Below the pieces are notes generated by a model that saw only the letters and a list, made by a program, of their open reading frames with translations, was not told the origin of the DNA and did not search any database. A stretch of 64,000 bases of DNA. Source: a virus. Positions 9,260 to 19,667 of this stretch are shown in pieces. How positions within the stretch are numbered: position 1 is the stretch's first letter; each line of letters opens with the position of its first letter. Where the stretch lies: IMG/VR virus record IMGVR_UViG_3300036893_000013, positions 32,001 through 96,000 of that record, one strand, 5' to 3'. A program made the position numbers and the translations under genes.

Positions 9260-11089
9260 TTATGGAGCGGGTAGAATGTTTGTCGTTGGAGGAGATGTAT
9301 GATCTGCTATCCACTGTACGCCTTGCTCGGCTCTGGTAGGGGGTAACTCTGAAGTCGTCGAACCTGACTCGCTAGAAGCAGGAGGATTCTTAACTCCCAG
9401 TTTACGCCAAACTTCTAGGCGAACATTTTCAGGTACACCGGCCTTATCGAATTGCGCCTGAATTTGAGCGGGATCAGTAACACCAGTACTCGAAATCCTA
9501 CCAAAAATTTGCTTTGCCATCGGAGATAACGGAACGGCATTCCCCCCGAGAAGTTTGTTCTTGGCAAAAGCCAAACCACTTAGCTCGGCTCCTAATATAT
9601 TTATCTGTTCTCGATTATCGGCGGTGACTCCTCCTTCATCAGCAGCTTTAGGAGATAAAGATACATATTTATCAAGCTTTTGGAAATAAAGACCATCTAA
9701 AGCTTTACCTAATTGTTCTTGTTTTGTATGTATGTCATTTATTTCACTGGCGGTATAGGGTTTATTAGTAGTCGGATTTACCCCGGTTAGATCAATAGGA
9801 TTTCCCTTAGCGTCGAGTCCTATTGATTGATTATTCATGAGAACATTATCCACAAGATCAAAGTGCTCTTTCAAGAGATTTGTTCCTTCTTCGGCATCTT
9901 CTTCGCTTTTGAAGTGGAACTTCTGATATTGAGCAACTATGTTATGTTCTGCCGCTTCAGCATCTCTTGCTCTGATTTCAGATCGTTCTGTTTGAATAGC
10001 TAAAGAATCTTTCTGAATTTTCTCATAATCTTGAAGTTCTTTATATGCGCTATGAATTTGCCCGAAAGGCACAGTTGTTCCAGCTTTCTGTGCCGTTTCT
10101 AAACTTTTGTACATAGCATTAAGCCGGTTTTTAGGATCGGAAGCCACTGCTTTAAGACCTTCGACAAGAGAAGGAGAAACTTTACTTGCAGCAGGGTATA
10201 CGGTAAATAAAGGAGTGACGGTTGCTTTGCCGGTATTGGGATCATAGCTAACGTCTGTGTCTGTATGAAGAAAAGTATACTTAACAGAATGAGAAGCATT
10301 ATTTCCTAGTAACTTGTTTCCCTCTTCCTCAGTTATGTTTTTCGCTAAAGGGTCTACGTTAAGTTCTTGGTGACCTTGTACTTCGAGTTTGTCCGCAGCT
10401 ATCTGCATTTCTGAGGCATGAAGTAAAGGGGCTGCTACGTCCATAGCTTTTTCTTTACCGAAGTCATACGCCTGTTTCTGGAATGTTTGTTCTCTTAAAA
10501 CTTTCTCTTGATTGTAGTTGGCAATTTGAACTTGGTTAAGTTGTTCCTGTAAAGAAAGCTTTTTATTTTCGCGAGCCTCCTCGTTAGCCTTAAGTTGATT
10601 AGCATACTGCTGCTGGGCTTCCGCTCTGCGCTGCTGATCTAGTTTCTCTTGGCCTTCCTGAGAGGCTTTAACGCCCCCGCCCAGCCCAGAGAGTAATCCT
10701 TGAGTGAAGGTGTGTTCTCCTTCTTTGTTACCGATACCTTGGGCACCTAGAAGACCATACGCTAGTATACTTCGGAAAGTCTGACCGGGTGTTTCTTTTA
10801 CCTTAGTGGAAACCGTTTGGCCTGTGTTGGGATCAATTGCATACTCGTTATGTGATCCACTTAACCCGTTAAGAAGTTTACCGAATACGTGGCCCTTTAC
10901 TTGATCGGGATCAGGGGTAGTTTGTCCAGTCTGTTGCTGAGGAGGAGGCACAGGGGTGCCCATCACAGGACTTCCGGTTAATGGAAGTTGTGCTTGGGGT
11001 ATTTGCTGTTGTCCTATTCCAAACCCTGTTGAGGAGGTAGTAGGCTCGGGAGGATTGCTCGGCACGAGTGAAGAGGATAAATCCGGCAT
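9260..11089 (-). CDS. Putative ejection protein
   Basis: 609 aa: Pro/Gln-rich N-terminus, Gly-rich hydrophobic segments (GLLGAQGIG, GLLSGLGGG), coiled coil; position typical of podovirus core proteins. Confidence 0.6.
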   Translation of the reverse strand: MPDLSSSLVPSNPPEPTTSSTGFGIGQQQIPQAQLPLTGSPVMGTPVPPPQQQTGQTTPDPDQVKGHVFGKLLNGLSGSHNEYAIDPNTGQTVSTKVKETPGQTFRSILAYGLLGAQGIGNKEGEHTFTQGLLSGLGGGVKASQEGQEKLDQQRRAEAQQQYANQLKANEEARENKKLSLQEQLNQVQIANYNQEKVLREQTFQKQAYDFGKEKAMDVAAPLLHASEMQIAADKLEVQGHQELNVDPLAKNITEEEGNKLLGNNASHSVKYTFLHTDTDVSYDPNTGKATVTPLFTVYPAASKVSPSLVEGLKAVASDPKNRLNAMYKSLETAQKAGTTVPFGQIHSAYKELQDYEKIQKDSLAIQTERSEIRARDAEAAEHNIVAQYQKFHFKSEEDAEEGTNLLKEHFDLVDNVLMNNQSIGLDAKGNPIDLTGVNPTTNKPYTASEINDIHTKQEQLGKALDGLYFQKLDKYVSLSPKAADEGGVTADNREQINILGAELSGLAFAKNKLLGGNAVPLSPMAKQIFGRISSTGVTDPAQIQAQFDKAGVPENVRLEVWRKLGVKNPPASSESGSTTSELPPTRAEQGVQWIADHTSPPTTNILPAP

Positions 11090-11772
11090 TATTCTTTACC
11101 TGTCTTTAAATACTTTCCAATGTTGTCCACGGCTTGTTTTAGCTTCGGATTCTTTTCGTAAAAAGACTTCCACTCATCGTTCTTATCGGGAAACAATCTG
11201 CCACGCACGTATGCCTCTGATCGACTGTTTTCAAACCATTTATTAAAAGAACGTTTCTCGCCATTCTTAACATCGTCTTTATAAGCCTTATAGTCGATAG
11301 CAATCTGTTCGGCATCTCTTGCCTTCTTTACTTCTTGCTTCATTTTATAGTATGTAGAATCGACAGGCTGTTTAGTACTCGGGTTTATAGCCCCTGCTAT
11401 ATGAATTAAATCTCCGGCAATCGCATCCCGCGCTTCTTGTCTACTCTGGAAGGGTTTGTATACTTCTATAGTAATCTTGCCGGGATGAGGATTGAATTCC
11501 TCCCACGGTGGATAGGTCTCTAATCCATCATCCTCCGATCCTTTAGGGGGAGTGGCATCGTACGCTAACACATTTTTTGTATGAGGAGCTAAGACGGGAT
11601 AAGTAGCAGCTACATCTTGTAGGGCATCGGCATACCCGGTACTGGTGCTAGCATTCTTAGGATAACTTGTATCTTCTTTAGATGCTTGAGCAGGGCCTAA
11701 GGAGTCAAAAAAATTTGGCCCACCGTCCTGAAAGGTTAGGCTATCAGTTAGGGCCATATTAATCCTTGTCAA
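11089..11772 (-). CDS. Hypothetical virion-module protein
   Basis: 227 aa ORF coupled to its neighbours. Confidence 0.65.
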   Translation of the reverse strand: MTRINMALTDSLTFQDGGPNFFDSLGPAQASKEDTSYPKNASTSTGYADALQDVAATYPVLAPHTKNVLAYDATPPKGSEDDGLETYPPWEEFNPHPGKITIEVYKPFQSRQEARDAIAGDLIHIAGAINPSTKQPVDSTYYKMKQEVKKARDAEQIAIDYKAYKDDVKNGEKRSFNKWFENSRSEAYVRGRLFPDKNDEWKSFYEKNPKLKQAVDNIGKYLKTGKE

Positions 11773-12148
11773 AGTAAGACAACGTGGTTGCTAGATCAAT
11801 GTCTTTGTTGACGCATTTGCGTAGGAAGAAAACTACTTCCATTTGCGACTGTTCTTGAGAAATACCATACACTTTCAGGAGATTCTTTAGAGTGTCAGAA
11901 GGTTTTAATCCAGTGTTGCTATTACCACTTATTTTGAGCAAAATATCATAAGCAGCAGCGCGTATGCCCCCCTGATGACTTTCAAACTCGCGAATTCCCT
12001 GCTCATTTACGGAATGCTTTCCCGCCTTAGAGTATGATTTCAACATAAGAGGATTCTTTAACCTGAATGCCTCTGACTGTGGATTTGAGTAGTCATGCAC
12101 GTAAGCTATTGAAAATAATAGGTTTTCTGTTTTTTGTACTTTATTCAT
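11759..12148 (-). CDS. Putative lysozyme-like-fold virion protein, divergent
   Basis: AFRLKNPLML...REFESHQGGIRAA...TLKNLL resembles the (R)NNPGN...F.t.e.G.rA...Tl..ii pattern of phage lysozyme-like structural proteins. Confidence 0.45.
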   Translation of the reverse strand: MNKVQKTENLLFSIAYVHDYSNPQSEAFRLKNPLMLKSYSKAGKHSVNEQGIREFESHQGGIRAAAYDILLKISGNSNTGLKPSDTLKNLLKVYGISQEQSQMEVVFFLRKCVNKDIDLATTLSYFDKD

Positions 12149-12154
12149 AATTCC

Positions 12155-12949
12155 TTAGAAAGAGGGAAGAAGACTAGACCCTAAACCATTACCAGCATTA
12201 GGATCAAATCCGTACCCTCCTCCTCCGCTATTGAAGTTAGGTAACTGAGGAGCTTGGTTACCAAAAGTAGTTTGTAGTTGACTTTGAGAGTTAGTGTCAG
12301 TATTTCCGCCGAGGCCACTTGTAAGGCTTCCTGCTCCGGGAAGATATGCATTAAGTGCTGTTCCGGCTAAACTACCTACCAGACCACCAACCTGACTCCA
12401 AGGGGAAGCAGCCTGATTAGTCTTCTGAATAGTAGTAGCGGAGCCAAAGGCGTTTTCTCCTGCATTGTTTGCAGAACCCGCTAAACCATTAGGATTCTCT
12501 ATACTCGCAGCGGAATTGAGTCCAGAAACAGCTTCGTTATAATTCGCTGCGCCTTGTTTATATCCGGCTTCTTGAATTCCTAATAAAGCATTACTCTGAT
12601 TCTGGGCAGACTCTTGGGCCAACTGTGCATTAGTCTCTCCCTGTGCTCCCGTAGGTAGGTTTGCACCCCCTCCAGAAGCCGCTGCTGCTTCTCCCGTAGC
12701 TGCTTTGGCATTCTGGTATGCCTGAGAGTTGCTGGACGTTGCTAGCGTGTTTAAAGCTGAAGTCTCAGGGGCACTGAAACCAAACTGGCTAGGGCCAGCA
12801 TTCAGCGTAGTGGTAAGAGATTTACTCAGACCATTGAGGATGTTCTGCTGACCAGCAAAAGCAGTACCAAAGTCACTTTGCAGTGTATTCATGAAACTCT
12901 GCTGAGACCCGGCAATGCTATTCTGCGCTCCTGTTGCTCCTTTGCCCAT
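12155..12949 (-). CDS. Putative DNA pilot/ejection protein
   Basis: Gly/Ala/Gln/Asn-rich, C-terminal VGGLVGSLAGTAL glycine-zipper-like helix. Confidence 0.6.
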   Translation of the reverse strand: MGKGATGAQNSIAGSQQSFMNTLQSDFGTAFAGQQNILNGLSKSLTTTLNAGPSQFGFSAPETSALNTLATSSNSQAYQNAKAATGEAAAASGGGANLPTGAQGETNAQLAQESAQNQSNALLGIQEAGYKQGAANYNEAVSGLNSAASIENPNGLAGSANNAGENAFGSATTIQKTNQAASPWSQVGGLVGSLAGTALNAYLPGAGSLTSGLGGNTDTNSQSQLQTTFGNQAPQLPNFNSGGGGYGFDPNAGNGLGSSLLPSF

Positions 12950-13353
12950 TATTCTAAGTCCTCTAGTTTCAGTCGGTAAACCGGAAAATCTACTTTAGTA
13001 AAAATTCTTTCGGCTATTTTGTTTGTTTCGGGATGGTCGCCAATAAAGTAAATCTCGCCGCAATCTTTGAGATACCCTAAAGTGATAGCGTGTTTGACTA
13101 ACTCCCGCATACCCTCAGCTATCTCTAAATCAGTAGCGTCTGGAGACATAACCAAAGAATCTAACACTTGGCTTGAAACAAAACTCAGTGTTTGCACTGG
13201 CATGAAGCCAATGATACGGTCTTTCTTATATACACAGAGTACGTAAGTATGGGCGTAAGTAATCACGGTAGGGTCAAAACTCGGGTGGCTAGAATACCAC
13301 GCTGTAAATAATTCAGAATCGTCCGGTCTAGCCGGTCTTACAAACATTGTCAT
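12949..13353 (-). CDS. GNAT-fold-like protein of the podovirus core module
   Basis: MFVRPARPDD start, beta-strand IIGF, position between nozzle and ejection genes. Confidence 0.5.
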   Translation of the reverse strand: MTMFVRPARPDDSELFTAWYSSHPSFDPTVITYAHTYVLCVYKKDRIIGFMPVQTLSFVSSQVLDSLVMSPDATDLEIAEGMRELVKHAITLGYLKDCGEIYFIGDHPETNKIAERIFTKVDFPVYRLKLEDLE

Positions 13354-13616
13354 TTATGCAACACAATTGTAATAAGGTCTTGACGCAGACCCTTTACTTC
13401 CTTGGTTAAGTCATCTACCGCAGCTTGAAGGTGAGGTAAATGATTAGTAGCGAGAGTCTGAATAGTCTCGCCGGATTCTTTGATCTTGTCTAGGAATAAG
13501 GATACTCTCCACGTTATTTTTATGGAGTTGTATATTAAGAAAATCCACCCAGCGACGTGGATATTTTGTCTAGCTAACTCCATTACAGCAGAAAAAAAAG
13601 AAATTAAGTCTGGCAT
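13350..13616 (-). CDS. Small membrane protein with coiled coil (holin-like?)
   Basis: One hydrophobic segment followed by TNHLPHLQ and a heptad tail. Confidence 0.5.
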   Translation of the reverse strand: MPDLISFFSAVMELARQNIHVAGWIFLIYNSIKITWRVSLFLDKIKESGETIQTLATNHLPHLQAAVDDLTKEVKGLRQDLITIVLHK

Positions 13617-13622
13617 TTGGTC

Positions 13623-13988
13623 CTACGGTAGCAACGGGGTTAGGGTGCCCAAATCTATCAGGGGGGCATAATTTAAAGTGAAAATTTGGGGAACGGCCCA
13701 AATCAAAATCCCAGCAGAAGTATAGGCTTTAACTGTATAATAAGAATTAGCAGGAGTGAGAAGGCTGTTAGCCCACAGATATTGGTTGGGTGCTGCATTG
13801 CCGTTTACATCAAGGTATAAGTTTATTACATTGCCAGCAATAATTTGTATGCCAGTTGGACCACCAAGTATAGTCACGTTTGAATCATGATTTAACTGCC
13901 ACGTAAGAATTCCAGACACTAATGGCTGTCCGCTGGGGTCTTGGAATTGACCCCCGACTATTTTAGATTTTTGATATATATTAGTCAT
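13623..13988 (-). CDS. Stand-alone beta-sandwich resembling fibre N-terminal anchor domains
   Basis: GGQFQDPSGQP...LDVNGN...LWANSLLTPANSYYTV pattern; no signal peptide. Confidence 0.5.
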   Translation of the reverse strand: MTNIYQKSKIVGGQFQDPSGQPLVSGILTWQLNHDSNVTILGGPTGIQIIAGNVINLYLDVNGNAAPNQYLWANSLLTPANSYYTVKAYTSAGILIWAVPQIFTLNYAPLIDLGTLTPLLP

Positions 13989-13989
13989 A

Positions 13990-14205
13990 TTATCCTATAA
14001 ACAGCCTAAATTGGGGAATATTTCCTCGTAGATAAAACTGGTCTAAATTATCTACAGATATAGTGCCTAGCGGAGGAACTGGACATCTTAGAAACACACT
14101 ACGATGCGAGTCTTGTAGAAGACTGCTTACCGGGGGTTGAGGAGCAATTGGTCTTAGACCTTCGGTATTAAGATTTGAAGTTAGAGATTGTTCGAGGGAG
14201 GGCAT
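13990..14205 (-). CDS. Hypothetical Pro-rich protein
   Basis: AAAGGA RBS upstream, 71 aa. Confidence 0.65.
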   Translation of the reverse strand: MPSLEQSLTSNLNTEGLRPIAPQPPVSSLLQDSHRSVFLRCPVPPLGTISVDNLDQFYLRGNIPQFRLFIG

Positions 14206-14234
14206 TGGTGTCCTTTCTAAATAGGCCGCTGCTG

Positions 14235-14263
14235 ATCGTATTATTATTGGATTATCTTGTAAA
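14235..14263 (-). promoter_or_regulatory. Putative sigma70-type internal promoter
   Basis: TTTACA-17 nt-TACGAT in the 62-bp gap after the nozzle gene. Confidence 0.5.
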
Positions 14264-14267
14264 AGAC

Positions 14268-17200
14268 CTAAAGCTCAACTTGAAAACCCCCAAAAATAGT
14301 AAGAGTAAATAACTCGTCTTGTGAGTTCGTTTCATCGAAGACACCCATTATCTGCATATGACGACATAAAATACTCTGCTTAGTCTGAGACATATAAAAT
14401 CTCTGATTATACAGAGAATCACTAGGGGGAAGTTGAGCAGGATCATTAGTCCAAAATACTAGATCATCGAAGGGGCCAGCAATTTCGCCTATCCGAACAC
14501 CCAATGATATAGGATGACTTCCCTGTATTCTTACGCAATCAGTAGTAATAAATTCTGCTGCGGCAACTTGACCCGGGTAGGCAAGAACCAAGCTTCCTAG
14601 AATAAAGTTGGCCGGGTAAGTACTTCCGTTGTCTTCCCAATTGGTATAATCACGGTAAAGAATAGGACCTGAATAAGTAGGGGGAGGAGCTATCAGAAGC
14701 TGAATATTACCGGGGGTTGTTTCTACGGACTGAATGGCCCCGCAACCTTCCACTATATTAGCCTTTAGACTCCATGTCATACTAATATTTTCTGGGGGAG
14801 CGGTTGGTGACAGTCTATACCATCCGGTGCTACCGTCGGCCACAAACAAGCACTGATCGTTGCTCCCATTAACATGCCAAGTTAAATAACTAGCAGATGG
14901 ATCAAACTGTTGCAATAGGTCTGCTATAGGAAACCCAACCTGACTTATTCCGGAATGTACATTCAGTTCCACTGTCTGTCTGTCTGTAGTCATGAAGTAC
15001 ATAATACTTCCATTTACAGTCAGAGCATTGTAGCTCAACAGACCTACTCTTTGAATAAGAGGTTCCGAAGTAAAAGGTTCTTGTGCAGTTCCGTTACCGG
15101 AAATAACATAAATATCGGAGACGGTGAAAATCAGCATACCAACATTCAATGGAACCATTCTCTTAACCAGAGAGGGGAACTCGGCATAGTTATTAGGGGC
15201 AAAACCGTTGTAACCATTTCCAATAGGGGTATCGGGTCCAGTACTCCAAAACACCGTGTTGTCAACTGATACAAATAAACGGTTATCTTGGAAGGCTAGA
15301 TTTATACTACTCTTAGGGGGAAGGGAGTTTTGTAAAGCTAACGGAGCTTCGAGAAGAGTATCTAGCCCCGAATCGAGAGTTGTATCTGTAAATCCTTGAG
15401 CTAAGTATTGAGATAAAGGAACGGTATACTCGGTGTTTCCGTTTCCGGAAGCTGGAGGGGGAATTAAATAATAAGTAGCACCACCATCATCTGTTCTGAA
15501 AATAGCAACATAATCTGCTTGAGGGTCAATAACTTGGGGCAATCCTCCGGAGATGAATACCCCGCTGGCCTCAAAGAAACTGCCCGTAGCGGGAGATACC
15601 AAACTCGCGTTTGATACAGTATCGTCTAGAGTATTAACAAGGGCAACGGCATAGCTCCAGCCGCCTTGTGTTGTGGTTAAGCTTCCGGTAGGAGTTACGC
15701 CTATAGGACCGTTGTTCATCCATACCAAGTTGGGTACGTCAGCAGTTAAACCGTATAGAGTTGTAGAGAAAGTGGGTTCGGCGGTACCGCTAATTCCGGC
15801 TTCATACGCAATCTCTTCATTCGAATTCTGGTCTACCACAAAAGGCTGGGTGGTTTGATTTACATCTGCTGTCCATCCAAAGGTAGATACCGGTCCTATA
15901 TTCCACCATGTGTAATTTCCAGAAGGTTCTATTACAGTAGGGTATGCTGGGGAATCTGTTTGTAGAGCAGAAAGAGTACTAGGCCAGTCCGGGAAGGTAG
16001 GAGAAGTCCCTCCAGTACATGCTATACCAGCGGGAATAACGTTGTAGTTTATAGTGCTTCCGGGAGGGGAATAGACCATATAGAAACTAATAGTATTGTT
16101 GGCGAATGGTAGAGCAGGCGAAGTAGTTGGAAGAGTTTCTCCTGACGTACTGTGGTACCATACGCCGTATTGAATCTCAGCCGGATAGACTCCGGCAGCA
16201 GGAAAAGTAACCTGAACAATACTTGATGCAATACTAAGACCAGAAGATGGGTAATTAGCACTCATGATCTTATATCCTTTGATCGGTGTGCCGGTAGAAA
16301 AGTTGTAAGTGTTAGGATTGCCGCTATTGTTCCAAGTCATAGGTCCAATTGCAGAAGGTACTAATGTAGCCCCTGAATCAGCGGTTCCTACGTCAGCCGC
16401 AGGACCATAGTTAGAATGATTAAGTGGTGCTGTGAATGTCATCCCAGAAACAGAATCAATACTAACTGTCTCTCCGTTGAGAAACGTAGCGTTAGATAGT
16501 CCGGCAAAAGTAAGCTGCACCCCAACGCTAACTAGAGAGGCTAGGGTTCTGTCGCACTGCACAGTTACTTCATTGTTATTAACAGTAATATTTGTTACAT
16601 TCAGAGATATAGACCCATTACCTATGCCCCAGAACATAGCTACTTGGTGACCAAACGTAAAAGTGTAAGTTCCCGGGGCCGGAATTATAAAGACCGGTAG
16701 CATGGCAATACTTAAATTTTCCATCGCAGAGGGAAACAGTGTGCTTAATGTGCCACTTAGTGTTCCATCTCCATAGCTAAAAACACCTACTTCGACCGCA
16801 TTAGTTCCGCCTTGAGCACTGAGAAAGAAGCTACTCATAGTACCACTACCAGTTGCTGTTGAGACAGGCTGAGTACCATTTTGGCTCATTGGAGTATTAA
16901 AAGTACTGCCCGGAGGTCCGTTAGGAAGCTCACCCGCCGCACCTACATCGCTATTCTTCTGACTATTACATTGCCAGTAATAGACAGGAAAGTTGCTTCC
17001 CTGAGTCATTATGCCCGTATAGGGTTGAAGCTGGTAAACACAGTTGGTCGATCCCGGAGTATCTTCAATGATATGTCCAGATGAATATATCGTATGAGCA
17101 GCCCAAGTAAGAGTGGTATCTGAATCGTTAGATAAGCACTTCCACTTGGCGGTTCCGTCTGTAGTAATCTGCCCGACAATAGTACTACTAGTAGTCCACG

Positions 17201-19667
17201 GCGCAGTACCCCCAGAAACCCCACTGTCTACTAACTGCTGAAGATACTTGCTACCACTAACAGTAATGATAATAAACTGCCATCTGTTGTAGTAAGTATT
17301 TGCTTTCCAACCAGATACGGCATTATTAACAATTACATTAGGAGCAGTGCTCCCCCCGGCCATTCCCCAGTTCCAGACAATACCCCCATCAACAGAACTA
17401 CCTCTGTTAATCCATAATGCAGACCCATCTATGGTAGTTGTACCTTCTGTTAATGGCCACTGAACAGCATTGTTTGCGGTATAACTAGATATCGGATTAC
17501 CCCCAGAATTAACTGTTGGAATCTCAAGATCAGTAGTCGGAGGATAATAGCTAGAACCCAAAGCAACTATATTTACCGTACATCCTGTACCAGATATACC
17601 GGCTGTAGTAGCAACACCATTTTCAGTAGAATATCCAGTTCCTACATCTGTTATCTGGATAGTAGCAACACCACCAGTTGACCCGGTTAAACTAGCTACT
17701 CTAAACTGTGCTGTCCCAGAAGTACCAGACTGAGTGGGGAATAACCTATCACCTATTGCATATCCAGTACCGGCAGTTCCCAGTGTTCCTGCTGTAATAC
17801 CTCCCACAAGAACTCCAGTTATATTTACAGTCGCCCCGGTCCCCGTACCGTTAGTAGTGGTGCTCACACCAGAAGCTACAGTGTAAGGCAGATACCCAGC
17901 GTTGTGAACTGTAAGACCAGTTATTGTAGTTCCCGATACCGTAGAGACTGTATAAGAGGCCCCGGCCCCCGAAACTTGTGTTGGATATACTAAATCTCCT
18001 ACATTATACCCAGTCCCTCCTGACCCCAAGGAAAAAGTGGCAATCTGTCCACCACTGACAGTAAGTATATTGAAGGTTGCTAAAGTACCTGTTCCAGAAG
18101 TAGTAGTAGCTAGTCCGGATGCAGCAGTATATCCAGTAAAACTAATTCCTTGATATACCAATCCTATGGTTGCGGGAATGCCATTAATACTCTCTACTAG
18201 AAAGACAGCCCCGGAAGCTGGAGAACCTACCGGAACCACTGGATATATAGCTTCTCCGACACTATATCCGGTACCACTTGCAGCTACCGAAGCAGAAGTT
18301 AGAGGACCGCCAGCATAGGTATTAGGAACTTCTGCGCTGAACTGAGTACCAGAGCTTACTATATTTACGGCTAATCCAGTACCAGAAGTAGCAGTAGTAG
18401 GGATATTAGTAGCTGAATAATAACCTTGTCCAGCAACCTGAATAGCAATTGCAGTCGCTACTCCGGTACATAATGTTACTCCTGTAACAGCACTAATCGA
18501 TACGGTAGCAACTTGAAAATAACCCCCTGAACCGCTAGTTTCTTCCGGAAAAATAAAATCTCCGACAGCATATCCAGTTCCCCCGACTGCTACAGTTGCC
18601 CCAGTTAAAGAACCTCCTGAAGTAGTTATATTAAGGGTGCAATTGACACCAATTCCAGACGTTGTGGTAGAGACATTACTACCGTTTATATACCCTGCTC
18701 CAGCAGAAGTTCCAACAGAAGTTACTTTAACTTGCCCATTCATACTCCCAGCCGGAGTAGTTTGGGAGAGAGAAACAATTTCCCCCACAGTATAACCTTG
18801 TCCACCGAAATATAGACTGGCAGTATTTATAGGACCAACAATATTCTCTATGGTTAAGGTTACACTCGTAGACCCCAAAACTTGAGTTACTAACGAATCT
18901 CCAGAAAAATAAAGTTGAAGACCAGATTGCAGTACTTGAGAGGCAGTTGGAAGGGGATTCGAATTAACATCTGTAGCCCGCATGGTAAACACAAAGGTCG
19001 AGTTATAAATGTAGAAACTAGACAACTGCACTACCGTTCCTATTAACTGTTCTACATTACCATTAGGATCAATGATGAAGGAGTTAAGTTCATAAGGAGT
19101 AAAATTGTACGGATTCAAGACAGCGTATAAGTTGCCGTTCGCTACTGCAATTTCTTGAAGAACAGTGGAATAAGGGATTCTCGTTTGAAGGGTATTAACC
19201 CATTTCTTCTGATTAGCTCCATCCCCCCAAAATAGAACGTTCCCCACACTCTGCATATAACTCTGTCCAGAATACGGACTTTTATTCCAGATATCTATCT
19301 GACCGTTATTTGAGGCATCATATAAGGCAGATTTGGTATCCACCATAGTTTTTATTTGTTCAGTATTAGCATTGAATAATCTAAACTCATAAAAACCATT
19401 TATATTACTCCACGTGTTACTATTCCACACGGAATTCCCCGGACGGCGAACCACTGTAAGTCGTTGGCTGAGTTCCAGATTTTCTCCCCCAAGAAAGGCA
19501 TCTCCTCTAGGCCCGTAAAATTTCTCTTCCAAACGGGTAGAAGCGGCATCTCGTATAGCTGCGCGGTTGCTCCATAGCCCAGTAGTCCATCTTGCCCCCT
19601 GATAAAGAGCAGACTTCCTAGAAGGGCGGGGAGGTTGGGCACCGGCTACTTGTAGAGGATTAGGCAT
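14268..19667 (-). CDS. Tail nozzle/stabilisation protein with large inserted repeat and carbohydrate-binding-like domains
   Basis: 1799 aa; N- and C-terminal beta-propeller-like segments (VVRRPG, FWGDG, YVAIFRTDDGG, NRLFV) flank GTGYxVGD repeats and a PA14-like segment; no signal peptide. Confidence 0.65.
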   Translation of the reverse strand: MPNPLQVAGAQPPRPSRKSALYQGARWTTGLWSNRAAIRDAASTRLEEKFYGPRGDAFLGGENLELSQRLTVVRRPGNSVWNSNTWSNINGFYEFRLFNANTEQIKTMVDTKSALYDASNNGQIDIWNKSPYSGQSYMQSVGNVLFWGDGANQKKWVNTLQTRIPYSTVLQEIAVANGNLYAVLNPYNFTPYELNSFIIDPNGNVEQLIGTVVQLSSFYIYNSTFVFTMRATDVNSNPLPTASQVLQSGLQLYFSGDSLVTQVLGSTSVTLTIENIVGPINTASLYFGGQGYTVGEIVSLSQTTPAGSMNGQVKVTSVGTSAGAGYINGSNVSTTTSGIGVNCTLNITTSGGSLTGATVAVGGTGYAVGDFIFPEETSGSGGYFQVATVSISAVTGVTLCTGVATAIAIQVAGQGYYSATNIPTTATSGTGLAVNIVSSGTQFSAEVPNTYAGGPLTSASVAASGTGYSVGEAIYPVVPVGSPASGAVFLVESINGIPATIGLVYQGISFTGYTAASGLATTTSGTGTLATFNILTVSGGQIATFSLGSGGTGYNVGDLVYPTQVSGAGASYTVSTVSGTTITGLTVHNAGYLPYTVASGVSTTTNGTGTGATVNITGVLVGGITAGTLGTAGTGYAIGDRLFPTQSGTSGTAQFRVASLTGSTGGVATIQITDVGTGYSTENGVATTAGISGTGCTVNIVALGSSYYPPTTDLEIPTVNSGGNPISSYTANNAVQWPLTEGTTTIDGSALWINRGSSVDGGIVWNWGMAGGSTAPNVIVNNAVSGWKANTYYNRWQFIIITVSGSKYLQQLVDSGVSGGTAPWTTSSTIVGQITTDGTAKWKCLSNDSDTTLTWAAHTIYSSGHIIEDTPGSTNCVYQLQPYTGIMTQGSNFPVYYWQCNSQKNSDVGAAGELPNGPPGSTFNTPMSQNGTQPVSTATGSGTMSSFFLSAQGGTNAVEVGVFSYGDGTLSGTLSTLFPSAMENLSIAMLPVFIIPAPGTYTFTFGHQVAMFWGIGNGSISLNVTNITVNNNEVTVQCDRTLASLVSVGVQLTFAGLSNATFLNGETVSIDSVSGMTFTAPLNHSNYGPAADVGTADSGATLVPSAIGPMTWNNSGNPNTYNFSTGTPIKGYKIMSANYPSSGLSIASSIVQVTFPAAGVYPAEIQYGVWYHSTSGETLPTTSPALPFANNTISFYMVYSPPGSTINYNVIPAGIACTGGTSPTFPDWPSTLSALQTDSPAYPTVIEPSGNYTWWNIGPVSTFGWTADVNQTTQPFVVDQNSNEEIAYEAGISGTAEPTFSTTLYGLTADVPNLVWMNNGPIGVTPTGSLTTTQGGWSYAVALVNTLDDTVSNASLVSPATGSFFEASGVFISGGLPQVIDPQADYVAIFRTDDGGATYYLIPPPASGNGNTEYTVPLSQYLAQGFTDTTLDSGLDTLLEAPLALQNSLPPKSSINLAFQDNRLFVSVDNTVFWSTGPDTPIGNGYNGFAPNNYAEFPSLVKRMVPLNVGMLIFTVSDIYVISGNGTAQEPFTSEPLIQRVGLLSYNALTVNGSIMYFMTTDRQTVELNVHSGISQVGFPIADLLQQFDPSASYLTWHVNGSNDQCLFVADGSTGWYRLSPTAPPENISMTWSLKANIVEGCGAIQSVETTPGNIQLLIAPPPTYSGPILYRDYTNWEDNGSTYPANFILGSLVLAYPGQVAAAEFITTDCVRIQGSHPISLGVRIGEIAGPFDDLVFWTNDPAQLPPSDSLYNQRFYMSQTKQSILCRHMQIMGVFDETNSQDELFTLTIFGGFQVEL

